Positions 20,001 through 28,639 of a stretch of 64,000 nucleotides of DNA are shown piece after piece. Position 1 is the first letter of the stretch. Each line of letters opens with the position of its first letter. A program made the position numbers and the translations under genes. The DNA lies in the NCBI GenBank assembly GCA_021819735.1, contig JAKAFO010000001.1, positions 320 through 64,319 of the forward strand. Direction: 5' to 3'. The notes under the pieces are model-generated. The model saw only the letters and a program-made list of their open reading frames with translations. It ran no database searches and had not been told where the DNA came from. Source of the stretch: Deltaproteobacteria bacterium. Lineage in GTDB: Bacteria > Desulfobacterota > Desulfobacteria > Desulfobacterales > Desulfosarcinaceae.

Positions 20001-20521
20001 GCTATGACATGTTCCTGCGCCTCATGGAAAGTTCCATGGCCGAAATCAAGGGCGAGCCCCTCTTGGAGGCCCTGGAGCCGGAAATCAATCTGCCGCTTTC
20101 AGCCTTTTTGCCCGAGGGCTATATCGCCGACATCGACCAGCGGCTGAGCATCTACCGACGCCTGGCGCGCATGACCGATCTTAAGGAGATCGGCGTATTG
20201 AAAACGGAAATGGAAGATCGTTTCGGCCGCTTGCCCGATGAGGCCAACAATCTGCTGCTCAAGATCATGCTCAAGGTGCTGGCCGTACGTGCGGGCTGCA
20301 AACGGCTCGACATGACCGATACCCTGTTGCAACTCCAGTTCTCCGAAGCCCATCAGATGAAGCCCTTTGGCATCGTGGAGATGGTCTCCGGCGGCGATGG
20401 CCGATACCGCTTTACCCCCGATCATATTTTTAAGGCCAAGCTCACCCCCTCCTCGACGAACGTGCTGATGTCCCAGGTCAAAAACATCTTGATCGAAATA
20501 GCTCGGCATGTTAACCAATAA
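17003..20521 (+). CDS. mfd: Transcription-repair coupling factor (the ATG at 17009 is an alternative start)
   Basis: CarD-like domain VVHAEHGIG, CGDVGYGKTEVA, DEEHRFG, QLRGRVGR and a TRCF C-terminus. Confidence 0.97.
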   Translation: MFMIQNQEQISWQQLLAGLQERKEPTDVVGLGGSAIPFAAAQIYRRHRLPLLLVTATVKAAGRLVEDLTFFLKDELPPILYFPPYNLLPYKFMAYHNETAGQRVRTLYRIMEASEAPLVVTTVGGLMQQLLPKSALAQFSELVVAGEELDRDSLVQKLVAGGYSRAAIVEESGDFALRGGLLDLFSPLYNDPLRIEFYGDLVESIRLFSADTQRTIKNLDEVVILPAREVIMAPAELNTILGRLRARAVELGAPVTKTREMAQRIKTEGFFPGMESLLPLIYPRLDTLLDYLPAATLALLVDPGELAGAAAEIESQAARSFQSAKAHDQLFVEPEALYLPWPKVQARLEAHRPLAFKMLSIIAPENERPARAVCQTASSETMDVRVALQAAVDPQQPFQPLVDWLNGQTQAGLNVLIVCRRPSHIERLAQTLGAYELRATAIAALNQMLEGRGRIYLISGGIGAGFVWPEAGIVLISDEDIFGTAYRPRKADRSAKAVELLNIEDLHIHDLVVHAEHGIGQYEGLVKLGVERSINDYLLIVYRDGDKLYLPVERMHTVQKYLGVEGVVPVLDKMGGTTWERIKDKVKRSTEKIAGELLQLYAARKVQKGHAFGAVDTYFRDFEEGFPFEETVDQRKAIEDVLQDMRQPSPMDRLVCGDVGYGKTEVALRAAFLAVSDAKQVAVLVPTTVLAEQHFATFSQRFKRFPVRVASLNRFRSAKEQAQITAGLRDGTIDIVIGTHRLLQKDIEFKDLGLLILDEEHRFGVRHKEKIKSLRATVDVLTLTATPIPRTLHFSMLGIRDISLISTPPEQRRPIATYITEFEDTIVAEAIRKELARKGQIFFVHNNVFGIERMAQHLQTLVPEARLAIAHGQMPEDRLERVMLDFMERRVDMLVCTTIIESGLDVTAANTIFINRADHFGLAQIYQLRGRVGRGEEQAYAYLFIPNETTLTKDAQKRLKVLMEYSDLGSGFQIAISDLKIRGGGTILGASQSGHIAAVGYDMFLRLMESSMAEIKGEPLLEALEPEINLPLSAFLPEGYIADIDQRLSIYRRLARMTDLKEIGVLKTEMEDRFGRLPDEANNLLLKIMLKVLAVRAGCKRLDMTDTLLQLQFSEAHQMKPFGIVEMVSGGDGRYRFTPDHIFKAKLTPSSTNVLMSQVKNILIEIARHVNQ

Positions 20522-20618
20522 ATTTCTAAAAAAATAGATGGTTTGAGTGTACTTAACGGCCCTTGCGTCGCAAATCATCCATTAGCCTGATAAGTGTGAT
20601 CAGTCCCAAGGAGGGAAC

Positions 20619-21326
20619 GTGTTGCCGGGCAAGCTACAGCTTGGATGCTCACGATGGATGGGCGCGCTATTGATGATCGTGATGATCCTGCCGGCCCTGG
20701 ACGGATGCTCCCGTAAAAAGGTGGAAGAAGAGTATCTGCTTCGCGTGCGCGGCCTATCCATGACGCCTTCCGAATTCAATCAAGCCGTGAAGGCCGTCAG
20801 TGAGGAGGCCTTTCCCGGTGAGCAGAACGTGGCGCCGGAGGTGCTCAACGATTTGCGCATGCGTGTGCTGACCCAGATCACCGAAGAGATGATGATCGGC
20901 GCCTATGCCGCCGATCTCGGGATACAGGTCAGCGATGAAGAACTGGATAAGGCCGTGGCGGACATAAAGGCCGATTACCCCGACAACACCTTCGAAGAAA
21001 CCTTGTTGGAAAATGCCATCTCCTTTCAGTTCTGGCGCAACCAACTGGCCACGCGATTGCTGGTCGAGAAGGTGATCGCCAAGGAGTTGATTCTGCCGGT
21101 GCAGATCACTTCCGAAGACATCGCCGAATATATCAAGGCCAACTATCCCGATGGCGTTCCGAAAGACGAGAATCCCGACGCATTCAATCAGAAAATCGTC
21201 ACACATTTGCGCCGGCAGAAAGCGGAACTGGGCTACAAAGAGTGGATCGATGGGTTGCGTCAGCGCTACCCGGTCGAAATTAATCGCCCCGCTTGGGATC
21301 GCATGGTCGGCGACGCTTCCAAGTAG
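20619..21326 (+). CDS. SurA N-terminal-domain lipoprotein (PPIase-like chaperone)
   Basis: Signal peptide with LDG|C; 'GIQVSDEELDKAVADIK...WIDGLRQRYPVEIN'; lies directly after mfd. Confidence 0.75.
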   Translation: MLPGKLQLGCSRWMGALLMIVMILPALDGCSRKKVEEEYLLRVRGLSMTPSEFNQAVKAVSEEAFPGEQNVAPEVLNDLRMRVLTQITEEMMIGAYAADLGIQVSDEELDKAVADIKADYPDNTFEETLLENAISFQFWRNQLATRLLVEKVIAKELILPVQITSEDIAEYIKANYPDGVPKDENPDAFNQKIVTHLRRQKAELGYKEWIDGLRQRYPVEINRPAWDRMVGDASK

Positions 21327-21371
21327 AGGCTCAACCGAAAGCTCCTGGCGTGGTGCTTAAGGAGAATTTCC

Positions 21372-22388
21372 TTGTTCGAAAAAATTTCCTTTTCCGGCAA
21401 ATCAAAATCGGGCGGGTATTCAAGGACCATCGGACTATTTGGCGTGCTGGTGTGGGCGCTGCTGCTTTTCGCCCCCAATGGCCGTGCCGAGCTGGTGGAT
21501 CGCATATTGGCCATCGTGAATGAAGACATCATTTTGCTCTCCGAACTGGAGCAGGCTATGGCGCCCCTTCGCGAGAAACTCAAACAGGCCGGTTACTCCG
21601 AGGCTCAGCAGCGGATTTACCTTTCCGATCAGCAGGCCCCCATGCTGCAAAAAATGATTGACGAAAAATTGACCGATCAGCAGGCCAAACGACTCAATCT
21701 GACAGTGAGCGAAGAGGACACCGACAAGGCGATCGAGCGTTTCAAGGCGATCAACAAGATGTCCAAGGACGACTTGGAACGCATGCTGAAACTGGAGGGG
21801 TTGACCCCGGAGACGTTTCGTTCCCAGATCAAAGAGCAACTGGTCCAAACCAAGATCGTCAATCGCGAGGTAAAATCGAAAATCGTGATCACCGATGTCG
21901 AGATCAAGAAATACTACGATGCCCATGCCAAGCAATACACGGGGGTGACGAAATACCATTTGCGCCATATTCTGATGAAGCCGGCGACACAAGCCGACGA
22001 CGAGCGCGAAAAGGTACGCCAAGAGATGCAGCGCCTGCATGAACGGCTGCAGGGCGGCGAGTCTTTCGTCAGCTTGGCCAAGGTATATTCCCAGGCCGCC
22101 ACGGCGCCGGAGGGCGGCGATCTGGGCGCATTCGAGAGCCGGATGCTGTCTGCCCCCATACGCGATGCGCTGAACGGCTTAAGCGCCGGTCAATTCACAT
22201 CGGTGATCGATACGGAGCAAGGATATCAGTTGTTCTTCGTGGAAGAGGTGCTCCAAACCGGCGGTAAAAGCCTGGAAGAAGCCACTCCCGAGATTCAGGA
22301 AAAACTCTTCTCCGAAGAGGTGGAAGAAAAATTCAAAACCTGGCTTCAGGAACTGCGCCAGCGGGCGCATATTCAGATCGTGGAATAG
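21372..22388 (+). CDS. surA: SurA-family chaperone / parvulin PPIase
   Basis: Motifs VDRILAIVNEDII, LRHIL, GGDLG and WLQELRQRAHI. Confidence 0.82.
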   Translation: MFEKISFSGKSKSGGYSRTIGLFGVLVWALLLFAPNGRAELVDRILAIVNEDIILLSELEQAMAPLREKLKQAGYSEAQQRIYLSDQQAPMLQKMIDEKLTDQQAKRLNLTVSEEDTDKAIERFKAINKMSKDDLERMLKLEGLTPETFRSQIKEQLVQTKIVNREVKSKIVITDVEIKKYYDAHAKQYTGVTKYHLRHILMKPATQADDEREKVRQEMQRLHERLQGGESFVSLAKVYSQAATAPEGGDLGAFESRMLSAPIRDALNGLSAGQFTSVIDTEQGYQLFFVEEVLQTGGKSLEEATPEIQEKLFSEEVEEKFKTWLQELRQRAHIQIVE

Positions 22389-22392
22389 ATCA

Positions 22393-23274
22393 ATGACGAC
22401 GGCGGAAAAAACAATGGGTTTCGGCGCTTATCTGCGCAATCAACGGCGCGCCATGGGGATATCCATCGAAACGGTGTCCCAAAAAACCAAGATCAGGGTA
22501 GAGGTTCTGCGGCACCTCGAAAACGAAGACCTGGGGCGATTACCTTCCTCGGCCTTTCTGAAGGGGTTTGTGCGGGCCTATGCCGAAGCGGTCGGCGCGG
22601 ACATCCAGGAGGCTTTGCGTCTGTTCGCGGCAAGCTGCACGGCCCATGCCGAGTGCGATATGGCGGCGGCCCCAGCAAAACCCCGCGCTCCTTTTTGGCA
22701 TGGCTTTTTGTTGGCCTGTGGGGTGCTGATTCTTTTGGTCGTTATCACCCTCTCCATTGCCCGGCGCATGGAAACGACACCGGAGGCAACCTCCGTCCCC
22801 GAAAAGGGGAGTGTTGTAAAGGCACCGCCGGCTGGGGCCGTCGGGACCGCAACCCCGGCGCCGGCAGCGCCAGATCCCACCCCCCGAGCGCTAGAAACAG
22901 AGCGCTCCGCCACACCACTGCCGGCCGATCCGGCGCAGACCCCGGAGGCAGCGTTGCCCAGGGCCGAAACGCCCGTAACCACCGATGCGGACGCCACCGC
23001 CACCGCCGCGGAACCGCAAGCCACGCCGCAAGTCCAGCCGGCCAAGCAGGTGCTGCAAATTGCGGCCATCGAACTGACCTGGCTGCGGGTTACCAGCGAC
23101 GGCAAAACCATCAAAGAGATCACCTTGAAGCCGGATGACCGCATGACGTTCGAAGCCGAGCAACGCTTCGATCTGGTCATCGGCAACGCGGGGGGGGTTC
23201 AATTGACGCTCAACGATCAAGCGCTTGGATTTCCGGGGAAACGGGGCAAAGTGATTTCGATGAAGCTTCCGTAA
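22393..23274 (+). CDS. rodZ: RodZ-like protein (HTH - TM - Pro/Ala linker - DUF4115)
   Basis: FGAYLRNQR...GFVRAYAEAVG, one TM segment, and IGNAGGVQLTLN. Confidence 0.8.
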   Translation: MTTAEKTMGFGAYLRNQRRAMGISIETVSQKTKIRVEVLRHLENEDLGRLPSSAFLKGFVRAYAEAVGADIQEALRLFAASCTAHAECDMAAAPAKPRAPFWHGFLLACGVLILLVVITLSIARRMETTPEATSVPEKGSVVKAPPAGAVGTATPAPAAPDPTPRALETERSATPLPADPAQTPEAALPRAETPVTTDADATATAAEPQATPQVQPAKQVLQIAAIELTWLRVTSDGKTIKEITLKPDDRMTFEAEQRFDLVIGNAGGVQLTLNDQALGFPGKRGKVISMKLP

Positions 23275-23354
23275 CCGATCCGAGACGGGCTTGCGGCCAA
23301 GGCAAGTCATCTTCACTCCCGTCGGTTGCCCCTCCATCGGCCGGAACATTCGAT

Positions 23355-24131
23355 ATGACACATCTCGCCTCTCCAGCCATTGTTCTGCGCCGCCGCGACT
23401 ATGGGGATTTTGACCTGATCCTAACGGTGTTGACCCGGGACTATGGGATCTACACGCTGATCGCCAAGGCCGCGAAGAAGAGTACCAAGCGTTTTCCAGG
23501 CATTCTGGAGCCTTTTGCAACGCTGCGCATTGTTTGTCGCCAGGGACGGGGCAAAGGAATGCAGGTTCTGGAAGAGGCGACCCTGGAAAATAGTTTCGGC
23601 AGCTCCCGGTCCGATATCCTCAAACTGGCCTACGCCAGCTACTGGTGCGAACTGATAGCTTTGTGGTTGCACGAAGGTCAGGCCCGACCCGATGTGTACG
23701 AGCTGCTGGCCTACGTCCTGAATGCATTGAACCAGGACGGGACACCGGTCAAGCTGCTGAGCCTTCTGTTTCAGATGCGTTTTGTGGGTCAGGAAGGCTT
23801 GCGACCGGTGCTGGAACGGTGCAGTTGTTGTCAAATCGAAATCGAAAAATTGGCCCAGCAGCAATTCTGCATCGATTTGCGCCAGGGTGGTATCGTTTGC
23901 CATCAGTGCCCCGCGCCCGACGCTACCCAGTTGCGGTTGGGCAAGGGGACCCTCAAGCAGTTGTTGTGGATGAGCCAGGGGGATCTCAGCATGGCCCGAC
24001 GGGTGCGTTTCAGCCCGGCGGCCTTGACGGAGGCCACCCATTTTCTGGAAGCGTTTGTGCCTTACCACATCGGCCGCGCGCCCAAGAGTCTCTTATTTCT
24101 GCATCAGATCCGCGGCCAGATGGAACACTGA
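23355..24131 (+). CDS. recO: DNA repair protein RecO
   Basis: AIVLRRRDYGDFDLIL...AKKSTKRF, with a CxxC...CxxC Zn finger. Confidence 0.93.
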   Translation: MTHLASPAIVLRRRDYGDFDLILTVLTRDYGIYTLIAKAAKKSTKRFPGILEPFATLRIVCRQGRGKGMQVLEEATLENSFGSSRSDILKLAYASYWCELIALWLHEGQARPDVYELLAYVLNALNQDGTPVKLLSLLFQMRFVGQEGLRPVLERCSCCQIEIEKLAQQQFCIDLRQGGIVCHQCPAPDATQLRLGKGTLKQLLWMSQGDLSMARRVRFSPAALTEATHFLEAFVPYHIGRAPKSLLFLHQIRGQMEH

Positions 24132-24189
24132 TGACCGCGGCGCTTTGCCTTCCCATGGGGGACGTCGATCAACGGAGGAGCAATCAACC

Positions 24190-25236
24190 ATGAATGACCT
24201 TAGAGCGATTCTGGCACAAGCAGGGGCGGAAGCATCGGCGCCCTGCCGCATCGACATGGGCGGCACCCTCGATTTGAGTACCTTCCACTTGCCGTTGCGC
24301 CACCTGGGGCCGTGTACTTTCAATGCGGCCCTGGATATGCGCACGACGGTCCGCTTGGGCCCCTATTCACCGGGAAAAATCAAGATCGTTTCGCGCGGTT
24401 TCGAAAGCCTGGAAGTCGACAGTGCCCTGGCACCGTTCTCCCATCCCCTGGGACTGATCATGGCCGTGGCCGCCTATTTTCAGGCGGATGGCATCCAAAT
24501 CGAGATCGACTCGACCTCTCCGCCGCGCAGCGCCTTGGGCGGCTCGTCCGTGGCGGCCGTGGCGCTGATCTGGGCTTTTGCCAAGGCCCTGAATCGGGTT
24601 GGGCAAGCCATGCCCGAGCACCGGGCCGTGGCCTTGCTGGCCCATGCCATCGAACAGAGCGTGGCCGGTGTGCCTTGCGGGATTCAGGATCAACTGGCCG
24701 CCGTGTATGGGGGCGTGAACGGCTGGTACTGGTTGGCCGAACCGGGGGGGGAGATGTTCCAGCGGCGCGAGGTGGTGGCACCGGCAAGCTGCGCCGAATT
24801 TTCCAAACATCTCCTGGTGGCCTATTGCGGAGTGCCGCACGTATCCAAAGATATCAACGGCACTTGGGTGCGGGAGTTTCTCTCCGGCCGCCAGCGCATC
24901 CAATGGCAGCAGATCACAGACTTGAGCCGGCAGTTCATCGAGGCCATGGCCGGCGGCCGTTACGATGAAGCCGTTGCCTTGATGAATCGTGAAACCGACC
25001 TGCGTCTGGCCATGACGCCCGAAGTCTTGGACGACGTGGGGCGCCCTCTGGCGGCCGCGGCCCGGGAGCACGGCTGCGCGGCGCGCTTTACGGGCGCCGG
25101 TGGCGGCGGCTGCATCTGGGCGTTGGGTCAGACGGCGCGGATCGACGCCTTGCGCCCGGCGTGGCAGCAAATCCTATCCCAACGGGACGAGGCCAAGATC
25201 CTGGATACGGCCGTCGATCCCATCGGCATCTTGTGA
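24190..25236 (+). CDS. GHMP-family sugar kinase (HddA/galactokinase-like)
   Basis: Motifs APCRIDMGG, PPRSALGGSS, CGIQDQ and TGAGGGG; GGAGGAG RBS. Confidence 0.85.
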   Translation: MNDLRAILAQAGAEASAPCRIDMGGTLDLSTFHLPLRHLGPCTFNAALDMRTTVRLGPYSPGKIKIVSRGFESLEVDSALAPFSHPLGLIMAVAAYFQADGIQIEIDSTSPPRSALGGSSVAAVALIWAFAKALNRVGQAMPEHRAVALLAHAIEQSVAGVPCGIQDQLAAVYGGVNGWYWLAEPGGEMFQRREVVAPASCAEFSKHLLVAYCGVPHVSKDINGTWVREFLSGRQRIQWQQITDLSRQFIEAMAGGRYDEAVALMNRETDLRLAMTPEVLDDVGRPLAAAAREHGCAARFTGAGGGGCIWALGQTARIDALRPAWQQILSQRDEAKILDTAVDPIGIL

Positions 25237-25309
25237 TTTCCGGCGGATGGTGCTACATGAGCGCCACCCTTTGACACCGGCTAAACCATCTGAACGCGAG
25301 GAAAAGTAG

Positions 25310-26179
25310 ATGTATTTTCAGGATGTAATTCTGGCATTGCACAAGTTCTGGGGCTCCCGGGGATGCCTGTTGGTGCAACCCTATGATATGGAGGTGGGTG
25401 CCGGCACCTTTCATCCCACCACACTGCTGCGCGCCCTGGGACCGGAGCCCTGGCGGGCCGCCTACGTGCAACCCTCCCGCCGGCCCACGGACGGGCGCTA
25501 TGGCGAGAACCCCAACCGCTTGCAGCACTACTACCAATACCAGGTGCTCTTGAAGCCGTCTCCCCAGGATGTGCAGCGGATCTACCTGGACAGCCTCAAG
25601 GTGTTGGGCATCGATCCCCTGGAGCACGACATCCGTTTCGTGGAAGACGATTGGGAGTCGCCCACCCTGGGGGCGTCGGGTCTGGGCTGGGAGGTGTGGC
25701 TGGACGGCATGGAGATCACCCAGTTCACCTATTTTCAGCAGGCCGGCAGCATCGAACTTGCGCCCATCTCGGTGGAACTGACCTACGGCCTGGAACGCAT
25801 CACCATGTACCTGCAAGGCGTGGACAACGTCTACGACTTAAAGTGGAACCAGAATACCCCCTATGGGGCGGTGCACCATCAGCAAGAGGTGGAGCAATCC
25901 ACCTACAACTTCGAGGTGGCCGACGTATCGATGCTGCTGGCGCTGTTCAACCATTATGAGGCCGAATCCCAGCGCATCAGCGCGGCCGGCTTGGTGCTGC
26001 CGGCCTACGAGTACTGTTTGAAATGCTCGCACACCTTTAACCTGCTGGATGCCCGCGGCGCCATCAGCGTCACCGAACGGACCGGATACATCGGCCGCAT
26101 CCGTAATCTGGCCCGCACGTGCGCCGAGGCGTATCTCAAGCAGCGCGAGCAGATGGGGTTCCCGCTGCTGGCACACTAA
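25310..26179 (+). CDS. glyQ: Glycyl-tRNA synthetase alpha subunit
   Basis: [27 protein letters not shown] and ELTYGLER. Confidence 0.98.
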   Translation: MYFQDVILALHKFWGSRGCLLVQPYDMEVGAGTFHPTTLLRALGPEPWRAAYVQPSRRPTDGRYGENPNRLQHYYQYQVLLKPSPQDVQRIYLDSLKVLGIDPLEHDIRFVEDDWESPTLGASGLGWEVWLDGMEITQFTYFQQAGSIELAPISVELTYGLERITMYLQGVDNVYDLKWNQNTPYGAVHHQQEVEQSTYNFEVADVSMLLALFNHYEAESQRISAAGLVLPAYEYCLKCSHTFNLLDARGAISVTERTGYIGRIRNLARTCAEAYLKQREQMGFPLLAH

Positions 26180-26251
26180 CATCGTCTCTGTCAAAGGCGT
26201 GGCCCCATGATTCACGGGCCGGCTTTCGGATACTTTTACTTCGAGGTGCGT

Positions 26252-28318
26252 ATGGAACGTTTACTGCTTGAAATCGGGACCGAAGAGATCCCGGCCGGGT
26301 ATATTCAGCCTGCTTTGGATGCGCTGGCGGCGGATGTCGCGCGTAAATTGACCGATGCCCGCATCGATCACGGCGCCGTGCATACCTATGGCACGCCCCG
26401 GCGCCTGGTGTTGGCCGTGGAGGCGGTGGCCGCGCGCCAAAAACCCAAGACCGAAGAGGTGCTCGGGCCCCCCGAACGCGTGGCGGTCGATGCCCAGGGC
26501 CAATACACCCTGGCGGCCCGCAAATTCGCCGAGAAAGTGGGCCTTACCGCCGAACGGCTGCGCATCGCCGATACGGAAAAAGGGCGCTATCTATGCGCCG
26601 TCATCTCCGACAAGGGCACCAGCACCAAGAAGTTGCTGCCCCAGATCCTGCCCGAAGCCATTTTGAATATGCCTTTTCCCAAAGCCATGCGCTGGTCGGA
26701 TCTGACCATCTCCTTTGCGCGACCGATCCAATCGGTGGTGGCGTTGCTGGGCAAAAGCGTCGTGGCCTTTACCCTCGGCGGCCGGATCAAGAGCGGGCGC
26801 CAGGCCTGGGGCCACATGTTCATGGATCACAAGCGGGTGAAAATCGAAAGCGCCGACGATTATCTGGAGAGCCTGCGCAAGGCCCAGGTGATCGTGGAGA
26901 TCCAGGCCCGCAAGCAGATGGTGCGCGAACAGATCGCGGCGGCGGCCGAGCAGTTGGGCGGGCATATCCTGCCCGACGAAGCCCTGCTGGATACCGTGAC
27001 CAATCTGGTGGAAATACCTGTGGCCTGCGGTGGCCGTTTTGACGAAACCTTTCTGGAGCTGCCCCGGGAAATTCTGATCACCTCCATGCGCGAACACCAG
27101 AAGTACTTCGCGGTCGTCGATGCCGCCGGCCAATTGATGCCTTGTTTCGTGGCCGTCAACAACACCCGTGCCAAAGACATGGCCCTGGTGGCCAAAGGCC
27201 ATCAACGCGTGCTGCGCGCCCGGCTCTCGGATGCCCAGTTTTTCTACCGCGCGGATCTCGAGCAGAAGATGGAAGCCTGGAACGAGCGGCTCAAGGGCGT
27301 GCTGTTCCAGGCGCAGTTGGGCAGCATGCATGCCAAGGTGCAACGTGTGCAGCAAATTGCGATCCAATTGGCCGATGTGGCCGCATCGGAGATCAAACCC
27401 CTCGTGTCGCGTGCGGCCCAACTGTGCAAGGCCGATCTGGTCAGCCAGGTGGTCTTCGAGTTCACCAACCTGCAGGGCATCATGGGCCGGCACTATGCCG
27501 CCGCGGCCGGCGAGCACCCCGATGTGGCCCAGGCCATCGAGGAGCATTACCGGCCCACCTACTCCGGTGGTCCGCTGCCCCAGAACCGCGTGGGCGCACT
27601 GCTGGCCATCGCCGACAAGCTCGACACGATCTGCGGATGTTTTTCCGTCGGCCTGGCCCCCACCGGCGCTTCCGATCCGTATGCCCTCCGGCGCCAGAGC
27701 ATCGGCATCGTGCAGATCATGCTGGCCCAGCAGTTCACCTTCTCGCTGCGGGCCGCCATCGACATCAGCCTGAAGCATTTCGCGCCGGCCAACGCCAACG
27801 AAACCGCCGAAGCGGTTTACGGATTCATCCAGCAGCGCATCGCGCATATCCTTTCCGAGGAGGGCTTCGCCAAGGATATTGTGGCCGCCGTGGTCAGCGT
27901 GTCGGTGGATCACATCCCCAATGTGTGGCAGCGCGTGGCTGCCCTGCAGGCGCTCAAGGGCGCACCGGATTTCGAGCCGCTGGCCGTGGCCTTCAAGCGG
28001 GCCGTCAACATTGTGCGCAAAGCCGACGCGGTGGCCGGTCATTCCCCGGATACGGCGCTCTTTGCCGAGACGGCTGAAACGGCTTTGTACGAAGCCTATC
28101 ATCGCGTGAAGCAACAGATGGAGCAATGCCTCTCCGCGGGCGACCTGCACCAGACCTTGCGCGTCATCGCCACGCTGCGCGAACCCGTGGATCGCTTCTT
28201 CGAGGATGTCATGGTCATGGCCGAAGACGCGGCCCTGCGTCGCAACCGGTTGGCGCTGCTGCAGGCCGTGGCGTCTCTATTCGGCCGGATTGCCGATTTT
28301 TCCAAAATCACAACCTGA
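26252..28318 (+). CDS. glyS: Glycyl-tRNA synthetase beta subunit
   Basis: LLLEIGTEEIP, TPRRL, HQKYF, PTGASDPYALRR and RRNRLALL. Confidence 0.97.
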   Translation: MERLLLEIGTEEIPAGYIQPALDALAADVARKLTDARIDHGAVHTYGTPRRLVLAVEAVAARQKPKTEEVLGPPERVAVDAQGQYTLAARKFAEKVGLTAERLRIADTEKGRYLCAVISDKGTSTKKLLPQILPEAILNMPFPKAMRWSDLTISFARPIQSVVALLGKSVVAFTLGGRIKSGRQAWGHMFMDHKRVKIESADDYLESLRKAQVIVEIQARKQMVREQIAAAAEQLGGHILPDEALLDTVTNLVEIPVACGGRFDETFLELPREILITSMREHQKYFAVVDAAGQLMPCFVAVNNTRAKDMALVAKGHQRVLRARLSDAQFFYRADLEQKMEAWNERLKGVLFQAQLGSMHAKVQRVQQIAIQLADVAASEIKPLVSRAAQLCKADLVSQVVFEFTNLQGIMGRHYAAAAGEHPDVAQAIEEHYRPTYSGGPLPQNRVGALLAIADKLDTICGCFSVGLAPTGASDPYALRRQSIGIVQIMLAQQFTFSLRAAIDISLKHFAPANANETAEAVYGFIQQRIAHILSEEGFAKDIVAAVVSVSVDHIPNVWQRVAALQALKGAPDFEPLAVAFKRAVNIVRKADAVAGHSPDTALFAETAETALYEAYHRVKQQMEQCLSAGDLHQTLRVIATLREPVDRFFEDVMVMAEDAALRRNRLALLQAVASLFGRIADFSKITT

Positions 28319-28384
28319 TGCCTTCCCCGGCAGGACGTCCCGGGCGTCTTCGGGGGATTGTATACACGAGAGAGGAACGCCGAT

Positions 28385-28639
28385 ATGCCTTATGAAGCCA
28401 GTAAAGACGAAGTATTGAAGCAGTGGCACTGTGAAGAGACAGGCCTGATGGTATCGATCCAGCGCTACGACGGCGGCGAAGCCAAGGTGCAGATCGGACC
28501 GCGCATCCTCAAGCGCAAGGACGGCACCGAACGGGCCCCGGCCAAAGCCGGACGCCTGACCATCGAAGATATGATGTGGTTCTACAGCATCATCGATGAA
28601 GTCAAGGAAGAGCTGAGCAACCTGGTCGGACCGGAGTAG
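28385..28639 (+). CDS. Small hypothetical protein, possibly a PC4/YdbC-like ssDNA-binding fold
   Basis: GAGG RBS; 'VSIQRYDGGEAKVQI...KDG...KAGRLTIED'. Its stop abuts the ligase ATG. Confidence 0.7.
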   Translation: MPYEASKDEVLKQWHCEETGLMVSIQRYDGGEAKVQIGPRILKRKDGTERAPAKAGRLTIEDMMWFYSIIDEVKEELSNLVGPE

